Source: Pasteurella multocida
GTDB lineage: Bacteria; Pseudomonadota; Gammaproteobacteria; Enterobacterales; Pasteurellaceae
Length of the DNA stretch: 32,000 nt
Direction of reading: 5' to 3'
NCBI RefSeq assembly: GCF_900187275.1
Contig: NZ_LT906458.1
Span: 1,890,001-1,922,000, forward strand
Part shown: positions 9,212-17,013 of the stretch, piece by piece
Position numbering within the stretch: the first letter of the stretch is position 1
Layout of the letters: each line of letters opens with the position of its first letter
The notes under the pieces: model-generated
What the model saw: only the letters and a program-made list of their open reading frames with translations
Database searches by the model: none
What the model was told of the DNA's origin: nothing
Translations under genes and position numbers: made by a program

Positions 9212-9829
9212 TTACACCACTTGCGTAAAAAAGTCACGAATTCCCACTAACATATTATTGATCGCCACGGCAGCAAGGATTAATCCCATGACCCGGCTTA
9301 TTACGGCAGCGCCAGTGTTACCAATTAAACGTTGAATACGGTTTGCCATCAAGAAAAGCAGGTAAGTGATAAATAAAATGGAAAGCATAATCACAGTGGT
9401 GATAACTTGATCGAAAAAACTGAACCGATGATTATCGGTCAATAATACGATTGCCATCATCGCACCCGGTGAAGCAATGGACGGCACCGCAAGAGGATAA
9501 ACCGCCAGCTCACTTAAACTGGATGTCATACGCATTTCATGTTCTGGCTTACCTTCACCAAAAATCATGGTTAAGGCGAATAACAGTAACACTAAGCCCC
9601 CGGCAATTTGGAATGCTGTGAGCGGAATTTGCATCGCTTCTAATAGCCCCTGACCTAGAATCAAAAAGAACATTAAGATCCCCGTTGCGATCACGACCGC
9701 TTTTAAGGCAATTTTACGTCTATCTTCTAGCGATAGCCCTACGGTTTTGGTCAAATAAACCGGTACGGATCCAATTGGGTCGATTACTGCCCACAATACA
9801 ACAAATTGCACGATTAACGAATCAAACAT
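9212..9829 (-). CDS. MarC-family (UPF0056) integral membrane protein
   Basis: About 205-aa, six-helix membrane protein. The N-terminus FVVLWAVIDPIGSVPVYL and the GLVLLLFALTMIFG and SPGAMMA segments are characteristic of the MarC/YhgN family. Start set at ATG 9829, with GGAG 6 nt upstream; the track start at 9835 is a TTG. Confidence 0.85.
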   Translation of the reverse strand: MFDSLIVQFVVLWAVIDPIGSVPVYLTKTVGLSLEDRRKIALKAVVIATGILMFFLILGQGLLEAMQIPLTAFQIAGGLVLLLFALTMIFGEGKPEHEMRMTSSLSELAVYPLAVPSIASPGAMMAIVLLTDNHRFSFFDQVITTVIMLSILFITYLLFLMANRIQRLIGNTGAAVISRVMGLILAAVAINNMLVGIRDFFTQVV

Positions 9830-9900
9830 TGGCAACTCCGATAAAAAAGTAGAGAATAGCTCATTCTATAATAAAAGTTGAACAAGACATACGAGAACGC

Positions 9901-11823
9901 ATGCTTTTTTTTACAAATTTAACATTAAAGCGCGGGCAATCCGTGTTGCTCGAAAATACATCGGTCGCGATTAACCCCGGACAAAAAGTGGGCTTAGTCG
10001 GAAAAAATGGGTGTGGCAAGTCATCTTTATTGGCGTTATTAAAAAAAGAGATTAGCGCAGAAGGCGGTGACGTCAGTTTTCCTGCCAATTGGACGTTATC
10101 TTGGGTCAATCAAGAAACGCCTGCCTTAATGACCTTGGCAATCGATTATGTGATCGAAGGTGATCGGGAATATTGCCGCTTACAACGTGAGCTAGTATTA
10201 GCCAATGAACAAGGCGATGGACATAAAATTGCTCATCTGCATGCGCAATTAGATGCGATTGATGCATGGACAATTCAAGCACGCGCTGCCGCACTATTGC
10301 ACGGTTTGGGCTTTAGTCAAAGCGAATTACAGCAGCCAGTCAAAGCCTTTTCAGGTGGTTGGCGTATGCGCTTAAATTTAGCACAAGCATTACTCTGTCC
10401 TTCTGATTTATTATTATTGGATGAGCCGACTAACCACTTAGATTTAGATACGGTCATGTGGTTAGAGCGTTGGCTGGTACAATACAAAGGCACCTTAGTG
10501 TTAATTTCACACGATCGTGATTTTCTGGACCCTATCGTCAATAAAATTATCCATATTGAACATCAGAAGTTAAATGAATATACCGGTGATTATTCTTCCT
10601 TTGAAGTTCAACGCGCCACGAAACTGGCACAGCAGAATGCACTTTATCGTCAACAGCAACAAAAAGTCGCACATTTACAAAAATATATTGATCGTTTCAA
10701 GGCAAAAGCTTCCAAAGCTAAACAGGCGCAAAGTCGGGTGAAAGCCTTGGAACGGATGGAATTAATCGCCCCAGCTTACGTGGATAATCCGTTTCATTTT
10801 ACCTTTCGTGAACCCTTGTCTTTACCGAATCCGTTGTTAGCTATGCAGCAAGTAAGCGCAGGCTATCCGAGCGCAGAGGGACAAAGTGCGGTCGAAATTT
10901 TAGAAAAAATCAAATTGAACTTGGTACCGGGATCTCGGATTGGACTATTAGGGAAAAATGGCGCGGGGAAATCGACACTGATTAAATTATTGGCAGGTGA
11001 ATTAACACCGCTTTCGGGTCAGGTTCAGTTGGCGAAAGGTGTCCAGCTTGGTTACTTTGCTCAACATCAATTAGAAACGTTACGTCTCGATGAAAGCCCA
11101 CTTTGGCATTTACAAAAGCTAGCACCGCAACATACAGAACAGCAGTTACGGGATTATTTGGGCGGTTTTGCGTTCAAAGGCGATAAGGTGAATGAGGCGG
11201 TGAAGTCCTTTTCTGGTGGGGAGAAAGCCCGTTTAGTGTTAGCCTTGATTGTGTGGCAGCGTCCAAACTTATTGTTACTCGATGAGCCGACTAACCACTT
11301 AGATTTAGATATGCGCCAAGCGCTGACAGAAGCCTTAGTAGATTATCAAGGGTCGTTGGTCGTGGTATCGCATGATCGCCATTTATTACGTAATACAGTG
11401 GAAGAATTTTATCTGGTACATGATAAAAAGGTTGAGCCTTTCAGTGGCGATTTAGAGGATTACCAGAAATGGTTAACTGATGTTAATCGCAATACGGAAG
11501 AAAAAGCGGATACCAATGCACTGGTTGATAATGCCAATAGCAGTGCGAATCGCAAAGAACAAAAACGCCGTGAGGCAGAATTGCGACAACAAACTGCCCC
11601 GTTACGCAAAAAATTGCAGCAACTTGAACAAAAAATGGAAACCGTATCGAGCCACTTAGGGCAAATCGAAGCGCAACTGGTCGAATCGGATTTGTATTTG
11701 GCGAAAAATAAAGAAAAATTGACCGCACTTTTAAATGAGCAAGTGAGCAATAAAAAACACTTAGAAATGCTTGAAATGGATTGGCTCGCGTTACAAGAGG
11801 AACTCGAAGGACTACTGGAGTAA
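9901..11823 (+). CDS. yheS: ABC-F family ATPase (two ABC cassettes, no membrane domain), YheS-type
   Basis: 640 aa with two Walker A motifs (GKNGCGKSS, GKNGAGKST), two signatures (FSGGWRMR, FSGGEKAR), two Walker B motifs (LLLLDEPTNHLD twice), an inter-domain linker and a C-terminal coiled-coil tail. It is co-linear with E. coli YheS as I recall it. Confidence 0.92.
   Translation: MLFFTNLTLKRGQSVLLENTSVAINPGQKVGLVGKNGCGKSSLLALLKKEISAEGGDVSFPANWTLSWVNQETPALMTLAIDYVIEGDREYCRLQRELVLANEQGDGHKIAHLHAQLDAIDAWTIQARAAALLHGLGFSQSELQQPVKAFSGGWRMRLNLAQALLCPSDLLLLDEPTNHLDLDTVMWLERWLVQYKGTLVLISHDRDFLDPIVNKIIHIEHQKLNEYTGDYSSFEVQRATKLAQQNALYRQQQQKVAHLQKYIDRFKAKASKAKQAQSRVKALERMELIAPAYVDNPFHFTFREPLSLPNPLLAMQQVSAGYPSAEGQSAVEILEKIKLNLVPGSRIGLLGKNGAGKSTLIKLLAGELTPLSGQVQLAKGVQLGYFAQHQLETLRLDESPLWHLQKLAPQHTEQQLRDYLGGFAFKGDKVNEAVKSFSGGEKARLVLALIVWQRPNLLLLDEPTNHLDLDMRQALTEALVDYQGSLVVVSHDRHLLRNTVEEFYLVHDKKVEPFSGDLEDYQKWLTDVNRNTEEKADTNALVDNANSSANRKEQKRREAELRQQTAPLRKKLQQLEQKMETVSSHLGQIEAQLVESDLYLAKNKEKLTALLNEQVSNKKHLEMLEMDWLALQEELEGLLE
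10420..10450 (+). repeat. 31-bp perfect direct repeat, copy 1 (Walker B of ABC cassette 1)
   Basis: gatgagccgactaaccacttagatttagata is identical to 11281-11311. Confidence 0.95.
10884..10892 (+). repeat. USS core AAGTGCGGT inside yheS
   Basis: Exact 9-mer match. Confidence 0.9.
11281..11311 (+). repeat. 31-bp perfect direct repeat, copy 2 (Walker B of ABC cassette 2)
   Basis: gatgagccgactaaccacttagatttagata is identical to 10420-10450, offset 861 bp (287 codons, in frame). Confidence 0.95.
11722..11730 (-). repeat. USS core (ACCGCACTT on + strand) inside yheS
   Basis: Exact 9-mer match. Confidence 0.9.
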
Positions 11824-11840
11824 GTAAACGTGGGGACAGG

Positions 11841-11870
11841 AAAGGACGTGGATTGGCACGTCCTTTTTTG
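11841..11870 (+). terminator. Rho-independent terminator of yheS
   Basis: aaaggacgtg (11841-11850) pairs with cacgtccttt (11857-11866) around a 6-nt loop, followed by a T run. Confidence 0.8.
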
Positions 11871-11871
11871 T

Positions 11872-12486
11872 TTATTTTCGTTGATTTAATGTGGTTTTGA
11901 AATGCGCTTCAATTTGCTCTACTGTTATCGCACGGCGAGCCACGCCTTTGGCGCGGACATGCTCATTGATGACATTCATAAAAGGCGCCGAGGCGGTGAT
12001 TTTTTCACCATCTACATTGGGATTAGCAGGGATAATGGCAAGGGCATCACACATCACAATCACGGCCTCAGCCAGATAACTATCTGGAATAGGTCGTCCG
12101 ATTTTCTCTTCTTCTTTATTGGATTCTAATACTTTGCCGTTAACATCATAACGGGTTCGGGTATTGATAATGGTGTCTTTAGTTTTACAGTTTGTGCTAA
12201 CGCGTTCAATACTGTAGCTATGTGGGGAGAGGCTTGCAATTAAGGCGGAGCGTTGGTCGCCAAACGTATCAATACTCGATAAGCGAATAAAAAATAGGTC
12301 ATCATTTCCCACCCATTGATGCCGTTTTGCTTCTGTGCGATAAGTATAGGAAACATACGAGCTTGCACGCATCACATTTTCAATAGAGGGACCTTCTACA
12401 TAAACATTGGGATTAGCGAGGGTTACTGTTGAACAGAATAACGCACAGATGAATAAACTGATTTTGCAAAATGTATTGATAGGCAT
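11872..12486 (-). CDS. Secreted protein of unknown function (possible Adhesin-E-like fold)
   Basis: Start set at ATG 12486, with GGAG 6 nt upstream; the track start is a TTG. It has a Sec signal peptide (MPINTFCKISLFICALFCSTVTLA/NP) and no lipobox. The mature part has two Cys (STNCKTKD, IVMCDAL), spaced as I recall for H. influenzae Protein E. The family assignment is tentative. Confidence 0.7.
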   Translation of the reverse strand: MPINTFCKISLFICALFCSTVTLANPNVYVEGPSIENVMRASSYVSYTYRTEAKRHQWVGNDDLFFIRLSSIDTFGDQRSALIASLSPHSYSIERVSTNCKTKDTIINTRTRYDVNGKVLESNKEEEKIGRPIPDSYLAEAVIVMCDALAIIPANPNVDGEKITASAPFMNVINEHVRAKGVARRAITVEQIEAHFKTTLNQRK

Positions 12487-12561
12487 AAATTGCTCCAATA
12501 AGCCGAGATTAGAGAGGGATTACTATACCATTCTTGCTGATATTTTATAATCTATTTGTAT

Positions 12562-12598
12562 GAAAACAAAAAAGCCAAAGTCGATCACTTTGGCTTTT
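12562..12598 (-). terminator. Rho-independent terminator of rpoH
   Basis: aaaagccaaagt (12570-12581) pairs with actttggctttt (12587-12598), a 12-bp stem with a 5-nt loop. On the minus strand it is followed by TTTTTGTTTT. Confidence 0.8.
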
Positions 12599-12614
12599 AC
12601 TTGATAAAACAGGA

Positions 12615-13460
12615 TTAGAAATTGACCGCACTTTTGAGTTTTTTCAGTGCATTCGTTTCTAATTGGCGTACACGCTCGGCAGAAATATTGTATTTGGCGG
12701 CTAAATCTTGCAAAGTGGCTTTGTTTTCATCTAACCAACGCGCTTTAATAATATCAAGACTACGTTCATCCAGTCCCTCAAGTGCCACACTTAATTGTTC
12801 TGTAGCTTGGGCTTCATAATTTTCATTTTCAAGTTCCGCCGCGAAGTTGGAACCTTTGTCTTCTAAATATAGAGATGGTGAATAGGTTTCTTCGTTGTCA
12901 TCTGTTGGCAAATCAAATGCCACATCGGCACCCGTCATACGGGACTCCATTTCCATCACATCTGCTGGCGAAACACCAAGTTCATTAGCAACCATTTCTA
13001 CTTCGTTTTCGTTAAACCAGCCTAAACGTTGTTTTGTTTTGCGTAGATTAAAGAATAATTTACGTTGTGCTTTGGTCGTTGCTACTTTCACAATACGCCA
13101 GTTTCGCAGAACGTATTCATGAATTTCTGCTTTGATCCAATGCACTGCAAAGGACACTAAACGTACCCCTACTTCTGGGTTAAAACGTTTCACCGCCTTC
13201 ATTAAGCCAATATTACCTTCTTGGATCAAATCGGCTTGCGGAAGACCATAGCCTGAATAGCCACGTGCGACATGAATAACAAAGCGAAGATGAGAAAGGA
13301 TCAGTTTTTTCGCTGCTTCCAAATCTTCTTGATAATACAAACGCTCCGCCAATTCCTTTTCTTCCTCAGCGGTAAGCATAGGATATTCATTTGCCGCACG
13401 AATATAAGCTTCGATACTGCCTTGTGGAACCAACATCATGGTTTGTGTGTCTTTGTTCAT
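12615..13460 (-). CDS. rpoH: RNA polymerase sigma-32 (heat-shock sigma factor)
   Basis: Start set at ATG 13460 ([34 protein letters not shown]) with AAGGAAA upstream. The RpoH box [18 protein letters not shown] and regions 2 and 4 are conserved ([39 protein letters not shown]). The 87 extra N-terminal codons in the track span terminators and a promoter, so I discarded them. Confidence 0.95.
   Translation of the reverse strand: MNKDTQTMMLVPQGSIEAYIRAANEYPMLTAEEEKELAERLYYQEDLEAAKKLILSHLRFVIHVARGYSGYGLPQADLIQEGNIGLMKAVKRFNPEVGVRLVSFAVHWIKAEIHEYVLRNWRIVKVATTKAQRKLFFNLRKTKQRLGWFNENEVEMVANELGVSPADVMEMESRMTGADVAFDLPTDDNEETYSPSLYLEDKGSNFAAELENENYEAQATEQLSVALEGLDERSLDIIKARWLDENKATLQDLAAKYNISAERVRQLETNALKKLKSAVNF
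12625..12633 (-). repeat. USS core (ACCGCACTT on + strand) in the last codons of rpoH
   Basis: Exact 9-mer match. Confidence 0.9.
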
Positions 13461-13559
13461 TGCTTTCCTTCTTAAAAAATGAAGATAACATCTCAAACTA
13501 GTTATAGCATAAAAATCCAACTGGCGCCAATGATTATGGTGCTTTCCTGTTGGCAGAAC

Positions 13560-13587
13560 TTGGACTCGGTATTCTGGATAAAGTTCC
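13560..13587 (-). promoter_or_regulatory. Sigma-E (RpoE)-type promoter upstream of rpoH
   Basis: The minus strand reads GGAACTT (13587-13581), then a 16-nt spacer, then TCCAA (13564-13560). The enterobacterial sigma-E consensus as I recall it is GGAACTT-N16-TCNAA. It lies about 100 nt upstream of the rpoH ATG. Confidence 0.6.
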
Positions 13588-13595
13588 ATCTTGCT

Positions 13596-13620
13596 GCGAA
13601 AAAAGCATGTTAATGCTTTT
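13596..13620 (-). terminator. Second terminator-like hairpin downstream of the DASS gene
   Basis: aaaagcat (13601-13608) pairs with atgctttt (13613-13620) around a 4-nt loop. On the minus strand it is followed by TTTTCG. The stem is AT-rich. Confidence 0.4.
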
Positions 13621-13631
13621 GAATGAAAGGA

Positions 13632-13664
13632 CTCACCGCACATTAACTTTTCTTGTGCGGTGAG
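13632..13664 (-). terminator. Hairpin/terminator after the DASS transporter gene (degenerate USS pair)
   Basis: ctcaccgcaca (13632-13642) pairs perfectly with tgtgcggtgag (13654-13664), an 11-bp stem with an 11-nt loop. Both arms are 8/9 matches to the USS. The minus-strand 3' flank (TCCTTTCATTC) is only moderately T-rich. Confidence 0.55.
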
Positions 13665-13690
13665 TTTTAAGTGGATACCGTTAAATTTTG

Positions 13691-15097
13691 TTAGAGTAGA
13701 GGAGAAATGGCTAAAATCCACAACATACTGAGAATTGGACCTAGGAAACCAATAATCACCCCACCTAAACGGAACTCAGACTGTTTAATTAACCCCGTAC
13801 TGAATGCAATCGCATTTGGTGGTGTTGATACTGGTAAGAATAACGCGCAGGATGCGCTTAATCCAATCACTAACGGTAAAATCATTGGGTGAATATCGTT
13901 ACCTCCAACCATTGCCAGTAAAGAAACACCCATTGGGATCAAGATCGTTGTGGCAGCCGTGTTACTCATGAAGTTAGACAGAATCACTGTAATGAAACCA
14001 AATAGGCTGAGTAACATGATAAAACTCACCTGAATGTGACTAATTTGCTCGACAAAGTGTGCGGCAATACGCTGTTCTTCAATGGCTAAACCAAGTGCTA
14101 AACCTCCGGCAACGAGCATTAAGGTATCCCAAGGTAATTGGCGAATATCTTTTTCACTGAGCACACCAGTAATGGTTAATCCCACGATTGGAATACCAGA
14201 GGCCGCAGCCACAGGGATGCCAATCCATTTAGACATCAGCCAGCAGAAAAGTGTGACAGCTAAGATCACTAATACAATGATTTTATGTAAGAATTCGACA
14301 CGGTTGGAGTGAATCGCAGGCGTTTCTTGTAAAAAACTAAAATCTAAACTTTCAGTCTTATTAATCTCATATTTTTTCACTAAAACACGCCAGAAAATGA
14401 ACAATAGGATTAAAGCTAACGGGGTACCTACCATCATCCATTCTAAGAAGGAAATTGGGTGACCTAATTTCTCCAGTGCACCGACTGCAATCGCATTGGG
14501 TGCTGACCCAATAATTGTCCCCATACCACCGACAGAGGCGGCGGCTGGAATACCAAGGAGGAGTGCTTTGGAGAGGTTTGAACTTTCATTTAAACGAGTA
14601 AAGAGCGGACTGATCGTCGCGATCATCATGGCAGTCGTAGCGGTGTTACTCATCAACATGGACATGATAGCTGTAACTAACATCAATCCCCAAAGTACAT
14701 ACACTGGGTTGTTGCCAAATTTTGGTAAGACAGCTTTTAATAATAAAAGGTCGAGTTTGGTTTTTTTCATGGCTTCAGCGAGGAAAAATCCCCCTAAAAA
14801 TAGCCAAATCACACTATCAGACCATGTTTGTAGGTACTGAATGGCATCATAAGCCTCACTTTTACCCATCACAAAAACTAAAAAGCCAACAATTAAGATA
14901 CTGACAGAAAACGGTGGAATGGCTTCAGTGACCCATAAACTGATCGCAAAGAAAAGCAGGAAAAGTACATAGTTTTGCACTTTCGTAAAACTGGCATCCG
15001 AAAGTAAGATTGTCATCAGCAAAGCAAATAGGATAGAAACACAGAAAAACAGGAAACGCCTACTTTTTACCATTGTTATTATTTGTAAGTACTTCAT
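13691..15097 (-). CDS. DASS/SLC13-family (INDY-like) Na+-coupled anion symporter
   Basis: 468-aa polytopic protein with the two hairpin-tip Ser-Asn-Thr motifs of the DASS family ([12 protein letters not shown] and [14 protein letters not shown]). AAGAGG RBS lies 6 nt upstream of ATG 15097. The substrate cannot be told from the sequence. Confidence 0.85.
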   Translation of the reverse strand: MKYLQIITMVKSRRFLFFCVSILFALLMTILLSDASFTKVQNYVLFLLFFAISLWVTEAIPPFSVSILIVGFLVFVMGKSEAYDAIQYLQTWSDSVIWLFLGGFFLAEAMKKTKLDLLLLKAVLPKFGNNPVYVLWGLMLVTAIMSMLMSNTATTAMMIATISPLFTRLNESSNLSKALLLGIPAAASVGGMGTIIGSAPNAIAVGALEKLGHPISFLEWMMVGTPLALILLFIFWRVLVKKYEINKTESLDFSFLQETPAIHSNRVEFLHKIIVLVILAVTLFCWLMSKWIGIPVAAASGIPIVGLTITGVLSEKDIRQLPWDTLMLVAGGLALGLAIEEQRIAAHFVEQISHIQVSFIMLLSLFGFITVILSNFMSNTAATTILIPMGVSLLAMVGGNDIHPMILPLVIGLSASCALFLPVSTPPNAIAFSTGLIKQSEFRLGGVIIGFLGPILSMLWILAISPLL

Positions 15098-15279
15098 AGT
15101 TGACCTCTTAAAATAGAATTAAAATCGATCTGATTGTAATCAAAAATAAAAACGTATTTTCTGATCTTGTTCAAAGAAAGTACGTATTTTAAACCAAAAT
15201 TGGAGTATTTTTTCATCATTTTTTCCAAAAATGATGGTTATCTTTTTTGCCGATGTGATGTCCATTGGAAAAGATGAGG

Positions 15280-16824
15280 TTATAGCAAATGTTCAACAGG
15301 TAACCAAGATAAACACCACACACTAAAACGCTTAAACCAACTGGTGTGTGGCTCATTTTCATAGCGAATCCATTGCCCATTTTCTTGCGTTTCCCAATAC
15401 AGTGCTTGCGCCTCATTTAACTTAACCGAAAAAGCATAATTTGCTTGATTTTGTTGCAGTCCATCACTGAGTAAGCGAGCCAATTCAGGGCTGTCAATGA
15501 GTAATCCCATTTCCGTATTCAACATGGCAGAGCGCGGATCCATATTAAAGGAACCAACAAATAAATAGCGATTATCGAGAGTAAATGTTTTGGCATGTAA
15601 ACTGGCGCTACTGGCTCCTTTTAATAAATGCCCTGAGGATTCCATTTGAATGGTTGCATGAGGTTTCAGCTCATACAGTTGGATTTGCTTTTGTAACAAT
15701 GTTTTGCGGTGTTTAGCATAGCCAGAATGCACAATGCTAACATCGGTTGCTTCCAGTGAATTGGTTAGAATAGAAACCTGTGTGCCAGTCTGGCTGATAC
15801 GGCTTAAGAAATCCACACCAACATGGGTTGGTACAAAATAAGGCGACACAATGATTAAGTTGTTTTTCGCATTTAACATTGTGGGAGCAATATGTGCTAA
15901 GACACTGTCTTGAATCAATGATTTGCCTAGTGCCTTTTTAGGATCATCGCTGATTAATTCTGCCTCTGCCCATGTAAAAGCTAAGGTGCCTGCTTTTAAG
16001 CTTTTAGCAAAGGGCAGTTCAGTAAGTTGTTTTAAATAAGTTTGGGTTTCATCATCTAATGCAGGCAACGGATTAAAAGGCGTAATAGGATCGCGTATGA
16101 TAATGCTTTCTAAAGGATAACTTGATGGGCTATTCCAATAGCGATCAAAATCAGTCTGAATGTGTGTAACGACGGCGCCGGTTGCGGCAACATCAAGATC
16201 AGCAAATAATACACCGTTACCCACATCAAAATATTCATCACCAATATTGCGCCCGCCAAGGATACTCATGACGCCATCTGCGGTGAAGGACTTATTGTGC
16301 ATACGACGATTGAGTCTAAAAAAGTCGCTCAAAAAGCCTAACCAACGATATTGACGTTGCATAAAGGGATTGAATAAGCGGATTTGGATATTAGGGTGTG
16401 CATTGAGTGAAGCCAAGATCGTGTCCATGCCTTTGGTATTATTGTCGTCCAATAATAAACGGACTTTTACTCCACGGACTGCGGCTTTATATAGACTTTG
16501 TAAGAGTAAGTGACCAGACACATCGTTATGCCAAATATAATACTGTAAGTCGAGTGTATGTTCGGCATGTTCACTGAGCGCCAAGCGAGCGAGAAAGGCA
16601 TCTTTCCCATCGCCTAAAGGATACAATCCCGTTAAGTTGGGATGTTGGGCAACTTGTGGCAAGATATGGCGTGCTAACAGCCCGTTGGGATTAAGGGGAG
16701 GGTGCGTACTGATTGGACGATCGGATGTGGGTAATCGTTGGTAACTTATTAGGGCAAGTATCACGAGGCTAAACAGAATCAGGGCGAGTAAAAGAAACAG
16801 TTTTTTGATAATCACGATCAGCAT
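15280..16824 (-). CDS. Phospholipase D / cardiolipin synthase family protein with N-terminal membrane anchor (ClsC-like)
   Basis: Two HKD motifs: RMHNKSFTADGVMSILGGRNIGDEY and SLHAKTFTLDNRYLFVGSFNMDPRS. One N-terminal TM helix (LFLLLALILFSLVILALI). Start set at ATG 16824; the track start at 16854 is a TTG. The region DLQYYIWHND...VRLLLDDNNTKG resembles E. coli ClsC (YmdC) as I recall it. Confidence 0.85.
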   Translation of the reverse strand: MLIVIIKKLFLLLALILFSLVILALISYQRLPTSDRPISTHPPLNPNGLLARHILPQVAQHPNLTGLYPLGDGKDAFLARLALSEHAEHTLDLQYYIWHNDVSGHLLLQSLYKAAVRGVKVRLLLDDNNTKGMDTILASLNAHPNIQIRLFNPFMQRQYRWLGFLSDFFRLNRRMHNKSFTADGVMSILGGRNIGDEYFDVGNGVLFADLDVAATGAVVTHIQTDFDRYWNSPSSYPLESIIIRDPITPFNPLPALDDETQTYLKQLTELPFAKSLKAGTLAFTWAEAELISDDPKKALGKSLIQDSVLAHIAPTMLNAKNNLIIVSPYFVPTHVGVDFLSRISQTGTQVSILTNSLEATDVSIVHSGYAKHRKTLLQKQIQLYELKPHATIQMESSGHLLKGASSASLHAKTFTLDNRYLFVGSFNMDPRSAMLNTEMGLLIDSPELARLLSDGLQQNQANYAFSVKLNEAQALYWETQENGQWIRYENEPHTSWFKRFSVWCLSWLPVEHLL

Positions 16825-16971
16825 GTCAGTTACCTTTTGAGAGTGCGAGAGCAATGCTTACATGCGATTACTCCGCGCGGGTATGAATATCATTTCAAGC
16901 TTTTGCCATTGTAACTTGTCTGGTATGAATTGCATCTTTTTTGTGCAGGTGATTGTACAATGAGTGCAGAA

Positions 16972-17008
16972 CAAAAAAGGCGTTTTCCTATTTTGTTGAA
17001 AACGCCTT
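16972..17008 (-). terminator. Rho-independent terminator of tehA
   Basis: aaggcgttttc (16977-16987) pairs with gaaaacgcctt (16998-17008), an 11-bp stem with a 10-nt loop. On the minus strand it is followed by TTTTTTG. Confidence 0.8.
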
Positions 17009-17013
17009 GTGTA

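Noticed and set aside
9135-9335. 66-aa + strand ORF after the TRAP operon
   Set aside because: It starts inside the bidirectional terminator and runs antisense into the MarC-family gene.
12615-13721. 368-aa version of rpoH in the ORF track
   Set aside because: The first 87 codons run through two hairpin terminators and the sigma-E promoter and overlap the 3' end of the DASS gene. The ATG at 13460 has an RBS and gives the canonical sigma-32 N-terminus.
15216-15416. 66-aa minus-strand ORF overlapping the 3' end of the PLD-family gene
   Set aside because: It is an alternative frame of a supported gene that extends into an AT-rich spacer. It has no RBS.
15280-16824. PLD-family protein as a nuclease-type defence or toxin module
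   Set aside because: It has two HKD motifs in one chain, an N-terminal membrane anchor, a ClsC-like length and sequence, and no adjacent helicase, methylase, immunity or secretion genes. All of this points to a lipid-acting enzyme rather than a Nuc/BfiI-like nuclease system.
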